A stretch of 64,000 nucleotides of DNA from an uncultured Phycisphaerales bacterium. GTDB lineage: Bacteria; Planctomycetota; Phycisphaerae; Tepidisphaerales; Tepidisphaeraceae. The DNA is taken from assembly GCA_963844715.1 (NCBI GenBank), contig CAWJPJ010000007.1:224001-288000 (forward strand), read 5' to 3'. Position numbers and translations under genes: made by a program. Positions 55,233-64,000 of this stretch are shown one piece after another. Under the pieces are notes generated by a model, which saw nothing but the letters and a program-made list of their open reading frames with translations, searched no databases and was not told the origin of the DNA. Positions within the stretch are counted from its first letter, which is position 1, and every line of letters starts with the position of its first letter.

Positions 55233-55258
55233 ATACTTGTTATAACAAATATCGTCAA
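55233..55258 (-). promoter_or_regulatory. Putative MarR operator overlapping the marR promoter
   Basis: Palindrome ATAnTTGTTATAACAAnTAT lying just downstream of a TTGACG -35 box. Confidence 0.7.
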
Positions 55259-55412
55259 GACAATTTTATTTCCGCGTTTTCAGCCTTGCATTAGACCTGT
55301 CCGATAGCCATTTCGCTTGCCCCTGCTATTCAAAGTACCCAATTTAACAAAGTTGCCCCCTTATCTGGCCGATTCAATCTGAGCCAACTTAACAATTCTT
55401 AGGAGCGCGGCC

Positions 55413-55865
55413 ATGATGCGATTGTCCAGAAGTTCGAGCAGCGGTTCGAAGGAGAAAAAGAGTTCAGGCAGCGAACGGCGGATTCATCACCGCCATGACC
55501 TGGAAACTCAGGAAATCTTCGTGGACCGCTACGACGGGGGACGCCGCAACGGGCACAAGCTCGGCAAAATTGTGGACCTCTCCGCGGGCGGCGTTCGAAT
55601 CCGCACCTGCGAAGGGGAAATCAGACCCGATCATCAGATCCGCGTCCGTCTCGAACTCCCCAGCTATGCGGGGATTTGCCCCTTCATCTCCAACGACGGC
55701 TCCCACCTCGAACCCAAGAACGAATGGGTCGGCTGGATGACCGTCAGTCGCGTCAGCCGCCTTGGCACCGAGCAATTCGAAGTCGCCGGACGTCTGGTCG
55801 ACATGGACGAGGTCGATCGCGGCATGCTCGGGCTCTATCTCTCCACGCAGCCCATGGCTGCCTAA
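55413..55865 (+). CDS. PilZ domain protein
   Basis: ERRIHHR and DLSAGG; RBS AGGAG. Confidence 0.85.
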   Translation: MMRLSRSSSSGSKEKKSSGSERRIHHRHDLETQEIFVDRYDGGRRNGHKLGKIVDLSAGGVRIRTCEGEIRPDHQIRVRLELPSYAGICPFISNDGSHLEPKNEWVGWMTVSRVSRLGTEQFEVAGRLVDMDEVDRGMLGLYLSTQPMAA

Positions 55866-55904
55866 TCAGAGCCAATTCAATTTACCTAGTCGGCCCCTGG
55901 GTTC

Positions 55905-56672
55905 TTAACCTTTCCGACTCAGGGGCCGATTCTTTTGTTTCGATCCCCGCGCATGAAATTCCAGCGCGTCGCGGATGTGAAGATCCCAGTAATCCCAATT
56001 GTGCCCGCCGGGAAACTCGCGGTATTCGTGCTGAATGCCGGCCTTCTCCAGCACCGCATGGTAATCCCGATTGTCCTGCAAGAGATGATCCTCCACGCCG
56101 CAGTCGATCAAGATTCGCGGTAATTTCCCCGCCGCTTTGGCCCGTTTGGCAACGCGGATCAAATCATGATCCGTTCCGCGCGGATGCGCCGAGAAAATCT
56201 TCGACATCCTGGGAAACCGCGTCGGCGGCCGATCCCGGCTCCCGGCCATCAATCCGCCGCTGTGACTATTCACCGATGCGAACTTCCCCGCATAGCCCAG
56301 CGCAACCCTCAGCGCCCCGTAGCCCCCCATCGACTGCCCGCCGATGAATCGGGCCGACGCCCTGGGGATCGCCGGGAAATTCCTCTCGGTCATCTCGACC
56401 AATTCCTCGCCAATATATTTTGCGTAAGCCGGCCCGTTGTGGTTGTTGGTGTAATACCCCAGAAACCCATCTGGCATGACGATCATGAACGGATACGTCC
56501 TGGCGTACCATTCCACCCGCGTATTTCGCAGCCAGGTTGTAAAATCGTCCGTGCGCCCGTGCAAAAGGTAATACGTCGCAAACGGTGGCTTGCCGCCGTC
56601 CGGCAGAATCACCATCGTCCCGACATGCTGCTCCAAAACCTGGCTAAACCAGCGAATCTCGCACAGGGCCAT
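55905..56672 (-). CDS. Esterase, alpha/beta hydrolase fold (tributyrin esterase/FrmB-like)
   Basis: YLLHG, GQSMGGYGA, DCGVED, GGHNWDYW. Confidence 0.9.
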   Translation of the reverse strand: MALCEIRWFSQVLEQHVGTMVILPDGGKPPFATYYLLHGRTDDFTTWLRNTRVEWYARTYPFMIVMPDGFLGYYTNNHNGPAYAKYIGEELVEMTERNFPAIPRASARFIGGQSMGGYGALRVALGYAGKFASVNSHSGGLMAGSRDRPPTRFPRMSKIFSAHPRGTDHDLIRVAKRAKAAGKLPRILIDCGVEDHLLQDNRDYHAVLEKAGIQHEYREFPGGHNWDYWDLHIRDALEFHARGSKQKNRPLSRKG

Positions 56673-56707
56673 GAACCGCGATCCTTCCTGACGTAGAATT
56701 CGCCAGT

Positions 56708-58380
56708 ATGCGGATCGGCATGGCGCAGATCAATCCGACGGTGGGCGACATCCCGGCCAACAGCCGCAAAATTCTCGCGTTCATCGACCGCGCCAAGTCT
56801 GCCGGGGCGTCGATGGTCATCTTTCCGGAGCTTTCAATCGTCGGCTATCCGCCCAAAGACCTGCTCCTGAAGCCCCAGTTTATCGACGATAACCTCGCGG
56901 CCCTTCGGCGCATTGCCTCCGAAATCCGCGGGATCGACGCCGTCGTCGGATTCGCCCAGCGCAATGCCGACCCCGTCGGCCGCCCGCTGCGTAACGCCGT
57001 GGCCCTGCTTCGCGACGGCAAGATCGTCGCCGAGCACTTTAAAACGCTCCTGCCCACTTACGACGTTTTCGACGAAAGCCGTTATTTCGAGCCGGGCCCG
57101 GCCGAGGCGCGATCCAATCTCGTCCGCATCGGAGACCAGGCCGTCGGCCTCTCCATCTGCGAGGATTTGTGGAACGACGAAAAGATGGTTCCGCGCCGGC
57201 TCTATCACGACAACCCGATCGCTGATCTCCATCATGCCGGGCGCAGATCGTCATCAACGCCAGTGCCAGCCCCTTCGTCGCGGGCAAACACGATTTCCGG
57301 CTCGAGCTGTTCTCCTCGCAAGCCAGGCAGTTCTCTCATCCGCTGATCTACGTCAATCAAGTCGGCGGGAACGACGAATTGATCTTCGACGGGAACAGCA
57401 TTGCCTTCGACGCCTCCGGCCGGGTTATCGCCCAGGCGAAGGATTTCGAGGAGGACCTGGTCATCGTCGATCTGGCCGCCGGCAAATCCGACTCGGCGCC
57501 GCAGACGCCCTCGCGCGGAATCGAATCGATCTACAAGGGGCTGATCCTCGGCCTGCGCGATTACGTTCACAAATGCGGCTTCTCCAGCGTGGTTCTGGGC
57601 CTATCCGGCGGGATCGATTCGGCTCTCACCGCGGCGATCGCCGTGGAGGCCTTGGGCAAGGACAAAGTGGTCGGCGTCGCGATGCCCAGCCGGTTCAGTT
57701 CCGAGCATTCAGTCGCCGATGCCGCAAAGCTGGCCGAGAACCTCGGCATTCAATTCCATCTGCTGGCGATCAACGCGGTGCACGAGGCGTACGAACAGAC
57801 GCTCGCCGGTCTTTTCGCCACGTCACCTCTCGACATCACCGAAGAAAATCTTCAGGCCCGTGTTCGCGGCGCGCTGCTCATGGCGCTGAGCAACAAATTC
57901 GGGTATCTCCTTCTGACTACGGGCAACAAAAGCGAATTGGCTGTCGGATACTGCACGCTCTACGGCGACATGTGCGGCGGCCTTGCCGTCATCAGCGACG
58001 TCCCCAAGACGATGGTCTGGGACATGGCCCGTTGGCTGAATAAATCCGCCGGCCGCGAACTCATCCCGCAAAACAGCATCGACAAAATCCCCAGTGCCGA
58101 GCTACGCCCAAATCAAACCGATCAGGATTCACTCCCCCCCTACCCGCTGCTCGACGCGATTTTGTACCGGTACATCGAGGAAGAAAAATCGGCGTCGGAG
58201 ATCGTCTCCGAAGGTTACGACCAGCAAACCGTTTTAAAAATCGTCAAGCTGGTGGATCGAAGTGAATACAAGCGCCGCCAGATGGCGCCGGGGCTTAAGG
58301 TCACCAGCCGCGCCTTCGGTTTCGGGCGGCGCATGCCGATCGCGCAGAACTACCAGCAAAGTTTGCCGAAGAAGAATTGA
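56708..58380 (+). CDS. nadE: Glutamine-dependent NAD+ synthetase, frameshift near 57240
   Basis: FPELS..GYPP, ICEDLW, GLSGGIDS, ENLQAR, TGNKSE, PSAELRP. Confidence 0.95.
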
Positions 58381-58400
58381 GGCATGTCGCGAGCCGCGCG

Positions 58401-59442
58401 TTATTGAGGCGGCGTATCCGTCGGCGGGGGTTTCAGTTGCAGGATCGCCGTGGCGGCGCAGACCCTTACATACGTCTCGGGGTCCTTCAGCAGCGGCGCT
58501 AGATAGGGTTGTAAATCGCTTCGTCCGATTGCCCCCATCGCCAGGGCCGCCATACCGCGCTGCCGGGGATCGCTGCTCCGGGCTTTTGGCACGGCAATGG
58601 ACCAACCTTCGTCGGAATTGAGCATTCCCGCCGCACGTGCCGCGGCAAGACACACTTCCGGATAATCGCTGGTGAGCTGCCCCTCGATGTGCCCCAGGAC
58701 CTGCGGATCGCCGGGCTCGGCTAGTGCTATCAGGGCGATGATTTGATCGTCAGGATGTTCGCTGACCGTCGCCGCAACCAGGTCCTTCAGGCCGTCCTCA
58801 TTTCCATAGCGCCACAGGGCCTCGTCCACCTGGAGGCGCACGCTGGTGACGTGGTCGAAGAGCATCGGCGCGAGCACGTTCTGCCGCGCTCGGCTCGTGC
58901 AGAATCCCCAGGACCTGGGCGGTGCTGGCGCGGACGCGCGGATCGGGATTGGCGGCGAGTTTCTCCAGCTCGTGACTGAATCGCGTGTCGCCGAGGCGAT
59001 GCAAGGCAAATCGAATCGCGGCGCGGACGCGCAGATCGGGGTCTTCGACCATCGCCAGGAGCGGACGGTAAGCGAGGCGGATTTGCAAACGCCCCGCCGC
59101 CACCGCCGCGGCGAATCGCACGTTCGCCTCCGGATCGCTCAGGGCATCAAGCACCGGCCGCTGCGCCGCATCCGGGGCCACTTCCGAGAGCGCTTCCAGA
59201 GCGTTGCTGCGCAGGAACGGATCGGTGGAAACGCAGTCGTTGTTCAATTCATCCAACGCCGCCTGCCTCAGCGCCGGATCCAATGGCGTAGGCTTATAGT
59301 CCGGCGGCGCCGCGGGCTCCAGCGGCTCAGGAATATCCTGGCCGACACGGGCAGAGGATGCGGCTCCGCTCTTACAACCGCCAAGCGCCAGGGAAAAACC
59401 TAAGATCAGAGCCCATGCGATGGTCTTGTTGGATCTCATCAT
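58401..59442 (-). CDS. HEAT repeat lipoprotein, frameshift near 58880
   Basis: Lipobox LGGC; repeated D.D..VR..AA motifs; ATGA overlap with the lnt stop. Confidence 0.8.
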
Positions 59443-61071
59443 GTCGAGATACTCGTCTTGTTCCTTCGCAGCCATGCCGCCACGCCGATTCCGACCGACA
59501 ACAGGAGGCACGCATCCGCAAAGATATCCCCAACCTGGGTGTAAACGGACAGACGCCTGTCCAACATCAACTCTCCCACGCTGTTCCCCTCGGTCCGAAC
59601 GGGTAAAAGATGGCTTGTCCGCCCGACGGAGTCAATAAACCCGCTGATTCCCGTGTTGACGCTCCTGGCCGTCGGGACCCGGTTCTCGATGCTCCGGAAA
59701 ATCGCCGCCTGCAAATGATCGGCGTTCTCATTGGCCAGAAACCAGCCGTCATTGGTGATATTAACCAGAAAATCGGCACGTTTTTGGCCCGTTCCCGGCG
59801 CCGGGCGGATCATCGCGGCGCACAGGTCCGGATCAAGGTCCTCGAAGCAAATTGGCGCCGTGAAACGATAGGTCTGGCCCTGCGGCCCGGAGAGGTTGAA
59901 GACCGTCAGTGCGTCCGGAGCTGCCGGCCTGAAGCTCATAATCCGAATAATAAGCGGGCCCGAACGATAACAAAATCCGGTAGAGGAACGGCAGGCTCTT
60001 TTTGAACGGAATATATTCACCGAAAGGGACCAGATGAATTTTGTCATATCGTTTCGGGTCCAAATTTCCCAAAGCATCGAAGAAGAACGCGCTGTTTCGG
60101 GAATCCAGAGCCACGCGATAGTCCTGTCCCTCGCGAACTTGGTCGACGAAATTCGTTTCGTATTCGGCGCCGATCAGCATGGCGACGTGATTCTTCGCGG
60201 CCGTAGTGCTCAGAATCTCGTAGACCTCCTCAAACGTTGGATTTTCCCCGCGCGCCTCGACGTTCAGCGGGGGCATCATCGTCTCGGACCAAACCACCAT
60301 CTCCACGCGTCTGCCCGCTGCCGCGATGGCGTCCCGCGTCCGCTGCAGATGAAAATCAAGCCGCTCCTGTAGGCTTGCGCCCTTCTGCCCGGAATTGCTT
60401 TGAGGATAATTCGGCTGAATGACGGCGATGACCGGCCCCTTGTCCAGCATTCCGGGCGTCTGCTCGATCCGCCAGACGCCGTACGCCAGATAAAACGCCG
60501 TTACGGCGGCGACGAGCGCGATCGGCTTAAAAATCGCCCCGCGCCGCAGGCACGCCATTGCCGCGGCGGCATTCACCATGGCCACCCAAAACGTGACGGC
60601 AAAACCGCCGCCCCAGTCGGCGACCTGACACATCGCCAGAATCGGCGACTGCGAATATCCCAGATACAGCAAAGGCATCCCGGTAATCACATGCCCCCGC
60701 AGCCACTCGGATCCCGTCCAGGCGGCGGCGATTCCGATGACCCCGAAAACGCCCGCATCCAAGAGACCTGCCCCCCGGATCAAGAATGCCGGCCACGCCC
60801 AATAGAGCCCGCAATAGATCGTTAGCCCGATCATCCCCGGCCCTGAAACGCCTGCCATCCACCACATGTTGGCGACGAAAAACAGCGTTCCGGCAAGCCA
60901 ACTCCATAAAAACACCGATTTCGCGCTCCTGCATTCCCAGACCAGCACAAGCCAGGGAACCAGCCCGAACCACGCCAGGAAAAAAAGCCCGTATGGTGCA
61001 AACGAAAAGGACAGCAAAACGACGCTGAGAACGGAGAGAAAGATCGGCCGAAGAAAGCGGCGCGGCGACAT
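59439..61071 (-). CDS. lnt: Apolipoprotein N-acyltransferase, frameshift near 59920
   Basis: EWLR, WSE, YDKIHLVPFGEYIP, ICFE, NITNDGWF, RSVNTGIS. Confidence 0.93.
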
Positions 61072-61138
61072 GAGTGATTTCAATCGTCGAAGTAAACCGA
61101 TCAACCGTCAAGCGCCGGGCTACAATCCCCCGGCGGGT

Positions 61139-62025
61139 ATGGAAGAACCGGGAACCCAAAAATGCAAGTCCCTGCGCGGGCGATGGTGGTTCCGCCTCGT
61201 CCGCAGTTTGGCCTTTATTTATATTGGCGTCTGCATGACCCTCTTTTTCATGCAATCCTATTTGATCTTCCCCGGCGCAACGACACAGGGAACCGCCGAC
61301 GCGCGAATTGCCGCGGGAAAGGATTACGAGCTTCTCTCGCTACAAGCGAGCGACGGCAAGAAAATTGCCGCCGTTTTCGGCGTGGCCATGGGTGCGCCCG
61401 GCGCGACGCGCCGGACGCCGGCCAGCGGACAACCATCATCTACTTCTACGGCAACGGCGCCTGCATGGCGTATAGCATGGATGTCTTCGAGGAATTGCGC
61501 GCGCGGGGATTTAATGTCATCATTCCGGATTATGAAGGGTACGGCATGAGCGAAGGAAAGCCGAGCGAATCCGGCTGCTATGCCGCCGCCGATGCGGTGT
61601 ACGACTATCTCCTCACGCGTCCCGATGTGCGGAGTGACAAAATCGCCGTATTGGGTTGGTCCCTGGGCGGCGCTGTGGCGATCGATCTGGCGAATCGAAG
61701 ACCCGTCATCGGAGTCGCGACGCTCAGCGCATTCACGAGCATGAAAGACATGGCCCACAACCTGATCCCGTGGCTGCCGACGTCCCTACTTCTGCGCCAC
61801 CACTTCGACAATCTGGCGAAAATCCCCAATCTGCATTGCCTCCTGTTCATCGGCCACGGCACGCGCGACAGCATCGTCCCGCCGAAAATGGCGAACCGAC
61901 TCGCCGCCGCCGCGACCGCCCCGGTCACCCTCGTCCACGTCCAAAACGCCGATCACAACGATATCTTCGAAACCGGCGGCCAGCCGCTCTTCGATCAAAT
62001 TCAGCAATTTTTCGACGGGCTGTGA
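61139..62025 (+). CDS. Alpha/beta hydrolase (Bem46/ABHD13-like), frameshift near 61400
   Basis: FFMQSYLIFP, YFYGNG, DYEGYG.SEG.PSE, GWSLG, HGTRD, DHND. Confidence 0.88.
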
Positions 62026-62027
62026 TG

Positions 62028-63542
62028 TTACTGCGGAACGACGGTCAGCGATTTTCGCAATTCAGCCTTCTTCTCTTTTAGCAGCGCGTGTTCCGGCGAA
62101 TTCTTGTAGTAATCGTCCAGCGGATAGCAGCCGCTGATCAGTCCGTTTCGAGGCCCGGTCGTGCAATCGCTGAATGTGCGGCACAGCCGCTTGGTCTGGA
62201 AAGTCGATCCGGCAAGCGTGTCGGCGGGAAGATCCCAATACGCCAGGACCATGCGCCCGATGCCTACAAAGTCCGTCCAGCCGGCGCGAATGACCGCCTG
62301 CGCGACGTGAGGCAAATACTCCTGAAGATACGAATACCCGCTGCCGACGAATACCGCTCCCGGGCACGCGCTTTTTAGTTTCTTCACGACGCCGATCTGC
62401 CTGGCGACGCCGATCAGCGGGTCCTCCGGAGGCTGATATCCATCGCTCGGAGGAAACGCCGCCGGACGAACGAAGTGTGGATTGTAATAAGGGGAGCAGC
62501 AACTGATATTGAACAGCCGCACGCCGACGTTCGTCATCATGCGAACGAATTCGATCGGCTCGGCGAGATCGATCTCCAGAGGATTGTCGCGATTGCACCC
62601 AAACCCCCACCGCCAGGGAAGATGTTTGGAGAAATCTTCCGGAACTCCCGGCCCGAGTTTTCCGGCGCCGCCGCGGCTCGGATCGGGCTTGAACGCCGGA
62701 TGATCGAAGGCGCTCAAGCGCAGTCCGATCTGCAATCCCGGGCATTTGGCTCGGATTCCCTGCACGATCTCGCGAGCGAATCGGCCGCGGTTTTCCAGGC
62801 TCCCGCCGAACGGTCCCGGCCGCGTGTGGGCGCTGAGCAACTCGTGACCCAGATACCCGTGGCAATGCTTCAGATCGACGAAATCGAACCCCGCGCGCTG
62901 CGCCATCGCCGCGGCTCGAATGAATTGCTCGATCAGCCGCCTCAAGTAATCGTCGGTGACGATCACGGAATCGTCGGCAGGCGAAATCCCAAATTTCGCG
63001 TCGAGAATCGGGTGATGGTAGGCGATCTTCGGCTCAAGCCTCTGCTTGTCGTAAGGGCGGCAAAATCGCCCGCTGTGCGTGAGCTGAAGCCCGACGAGGA
63101 GATCGTCCGTGGTTCCAAACTTTTCGCGATGAGCGCTGCGAAGGGTTTGGAGCAACTGCCCGACGCCCTGCTGAGCCCGGCTTTCGTTGTTGTCCACGAT
63201 GGCAAGCTGATTTGGGTTGGCCCGCCCGTCGGATTGCACGGCGAACGCTTCGCCGCCCCAGACCATCTTGCATCCGGAAAGACCGAAGTGTTTCCATCGC
63301 CGCAGCGTATGTTCGCTGGGAAGGCCTTCGGCGGTGCCGTCCCAGCCTTCCATCGGCTGGACGGACCAGCGATTGCCGATCGTTACGCCGCCGACGTCGA
63401 TTTTCTGTGTGAGGGGCGACCCCTGGGTTGCAGACAGTACGGCCGGGTCACGCGGCACATTGGGCCCACACCGCGCCAAATGTTCGGCAAACCCACCCGC
63501 GTCCTTGAACTGCCCTATCTTCCGGAAACTCTCCTCTGCCAT
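62028..63542 (-). CDS. NADH:flavin oxidoreductase (Old Yellow Enzyme-like)
   Basis: [43 protein letters not shown]. Confidence 0.9.
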   Translation of the reverse strand: MAEESFRKIGQFKDAGGFAEHLARCGPNVPRDPAVLSATQGSPLTQKIDVGGVTIGNRWSVQPMEGWDGTAEGLPSEHTLRRWKHFGLSGCKMVWGGEAFAVQSDGRANPNQLAIVDNNESRAQQGVGQLLQTLRSAHREKFGTTDDLLVGLQLTHSGRFCRPYDKQRLEPKIAYHHPILDAKFGISPADDSVIVTDDYLRRLIEQFIRAAAMAQRAGFDFVDLKHCHGYLGHELLSAHTRPGPFGGSLENRGRFAREIVQGIRAKCPGLQIGLRLSAFDHPAFKPDPSRGGAGKLGPGVPEDFSKHLPWRWGFGCNRDNPLEIDLAEPIEFVRMMTNVGVRLFNISCCSPYYNPHFVRPAAFPPSDGYQPPEDPLIGVARQIGVVKKLKSACPGAVFVGSGYSYLQEYLPHVAQAVIRAGWTDFVGIGRMVLAYWDLPADTLAGSTFQTKRLCRTFSDCTTGPRNGLISGCYPLDDYYKNSPEHALLKEKKAELRKSLTVVPQ

Positions 63543-63834
63543 CGTGGGCCATATGGGACAGGAAGATTGAAGAAAACACAAGCGGATGCGCCGATGGTTT
63601 CAAGTTTTGGGGAAAACCTGTCGTCAAAGGCAAAAAATCCACGGAAAAACCGGGCTATTTTGTGCCAAGGTCATTGAATTTGCCCGAAAATCCGCTATTT
63701 TCTCGTGTCGATTCGCCGGCAACGGATGCCGGACGATCGCGGGAGCGGCTCGAGTGCAGGGCAACCCCTCCTGTGCGGCTCATTTATGCGGGGCTGCGAT
63801 TCGACTGCACATTTTGGAAAGGAGATACAACTCA

Positions 63835-64000
63835 ATGGCTACAGGCGGTAAATCTCTCACGAAGTCGGAAATTGCCAGTCACTTGGCAGAAAAGGTCGGC
63901 GTCAGCAAGAAGCAGGTCACGCTGCTTCTGCAAGCGCAGGCGGAATTGGCTTACAAGCAGGCGAAGAACGTCTTCACGATTCCGGGCATCGGCAAGCTCA
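63835..64000 (+). CDS. hup: HU family DNA-binding protein, runs off the right edge
   Basis: MATGGKSLTKSEIASHLAEKVGVSKKQV...FTIPGIGKL; RBS AAGGAG. Confidence 0.88.
   Translation, partial: MATGGKSLTKSEIASHLAEKVGVSKKQVTLLLQAQAELAYKQAKNVFTIPGIGKL

Noticed and set aside
35306..61071. Programmed frameshifting or pseudogenisation of trpS, ribBA, nadE and lnt
   Set aside because: I saw no shared slippery motif, no in-frame stops and no motif decay. The even spread across essential genes favours sequencing error.

Overview
64 kb of GC-rich bacterial chromosome, most likely Planctomycetota (Phycisphaerae/Tepidisphaerales-like). This is inferred from the [25 protein letters not shown] pilin-like gene and the TPR-, HEAT- and PilZ-rich gene content. 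About 57 CDS are visible. Many are housekeeping or envelope genes (pgl, pgeF, coaD, waaF, purL, gltA, murQ, anmK, clpS, aat, tatC, cobA-hemD, panE, trpS, rsmE, ribBA, nadE, lnt, HU). They are mixed with expanded glycosyltransferase paralogues: three TMTC-like GT-C/TPR genes, three tandem SPINDLY/OGT-like GT41 genes and one TPR-GT9-like gene. About 29 apparent frameshifts, several in essential genes, point to uncorrected long-read indels rather than pseudogenes, and some apparent fusions in the ORF track are artefacts of this. I saw no tRNA, rRNA, CRISPR array, integrase or transposase. The most notable signals are: (1) a ydaO/c-di-AMP-type riboswitch with a ~117-nt structured insertion upstream of a KimA/YdaO-like transporter; (2) a perfect 54-bp palindrome read in-frame inside anmK; (3) a TANNNT box 6-9 nt upstream of at least 13 start codons, suggesting widespread leaderless mRNAs; (4) an unrecognised structured leader on the pilin-like gene; (5) the GT41 array with divergent donor-site residues; (6) dispersed heptamer/octamer repeats; (7) sigma28-like promoters on both PilZ genes and a LysM lipoprotein gene. 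All calls come from reading the sequence by eye; no searches were run.
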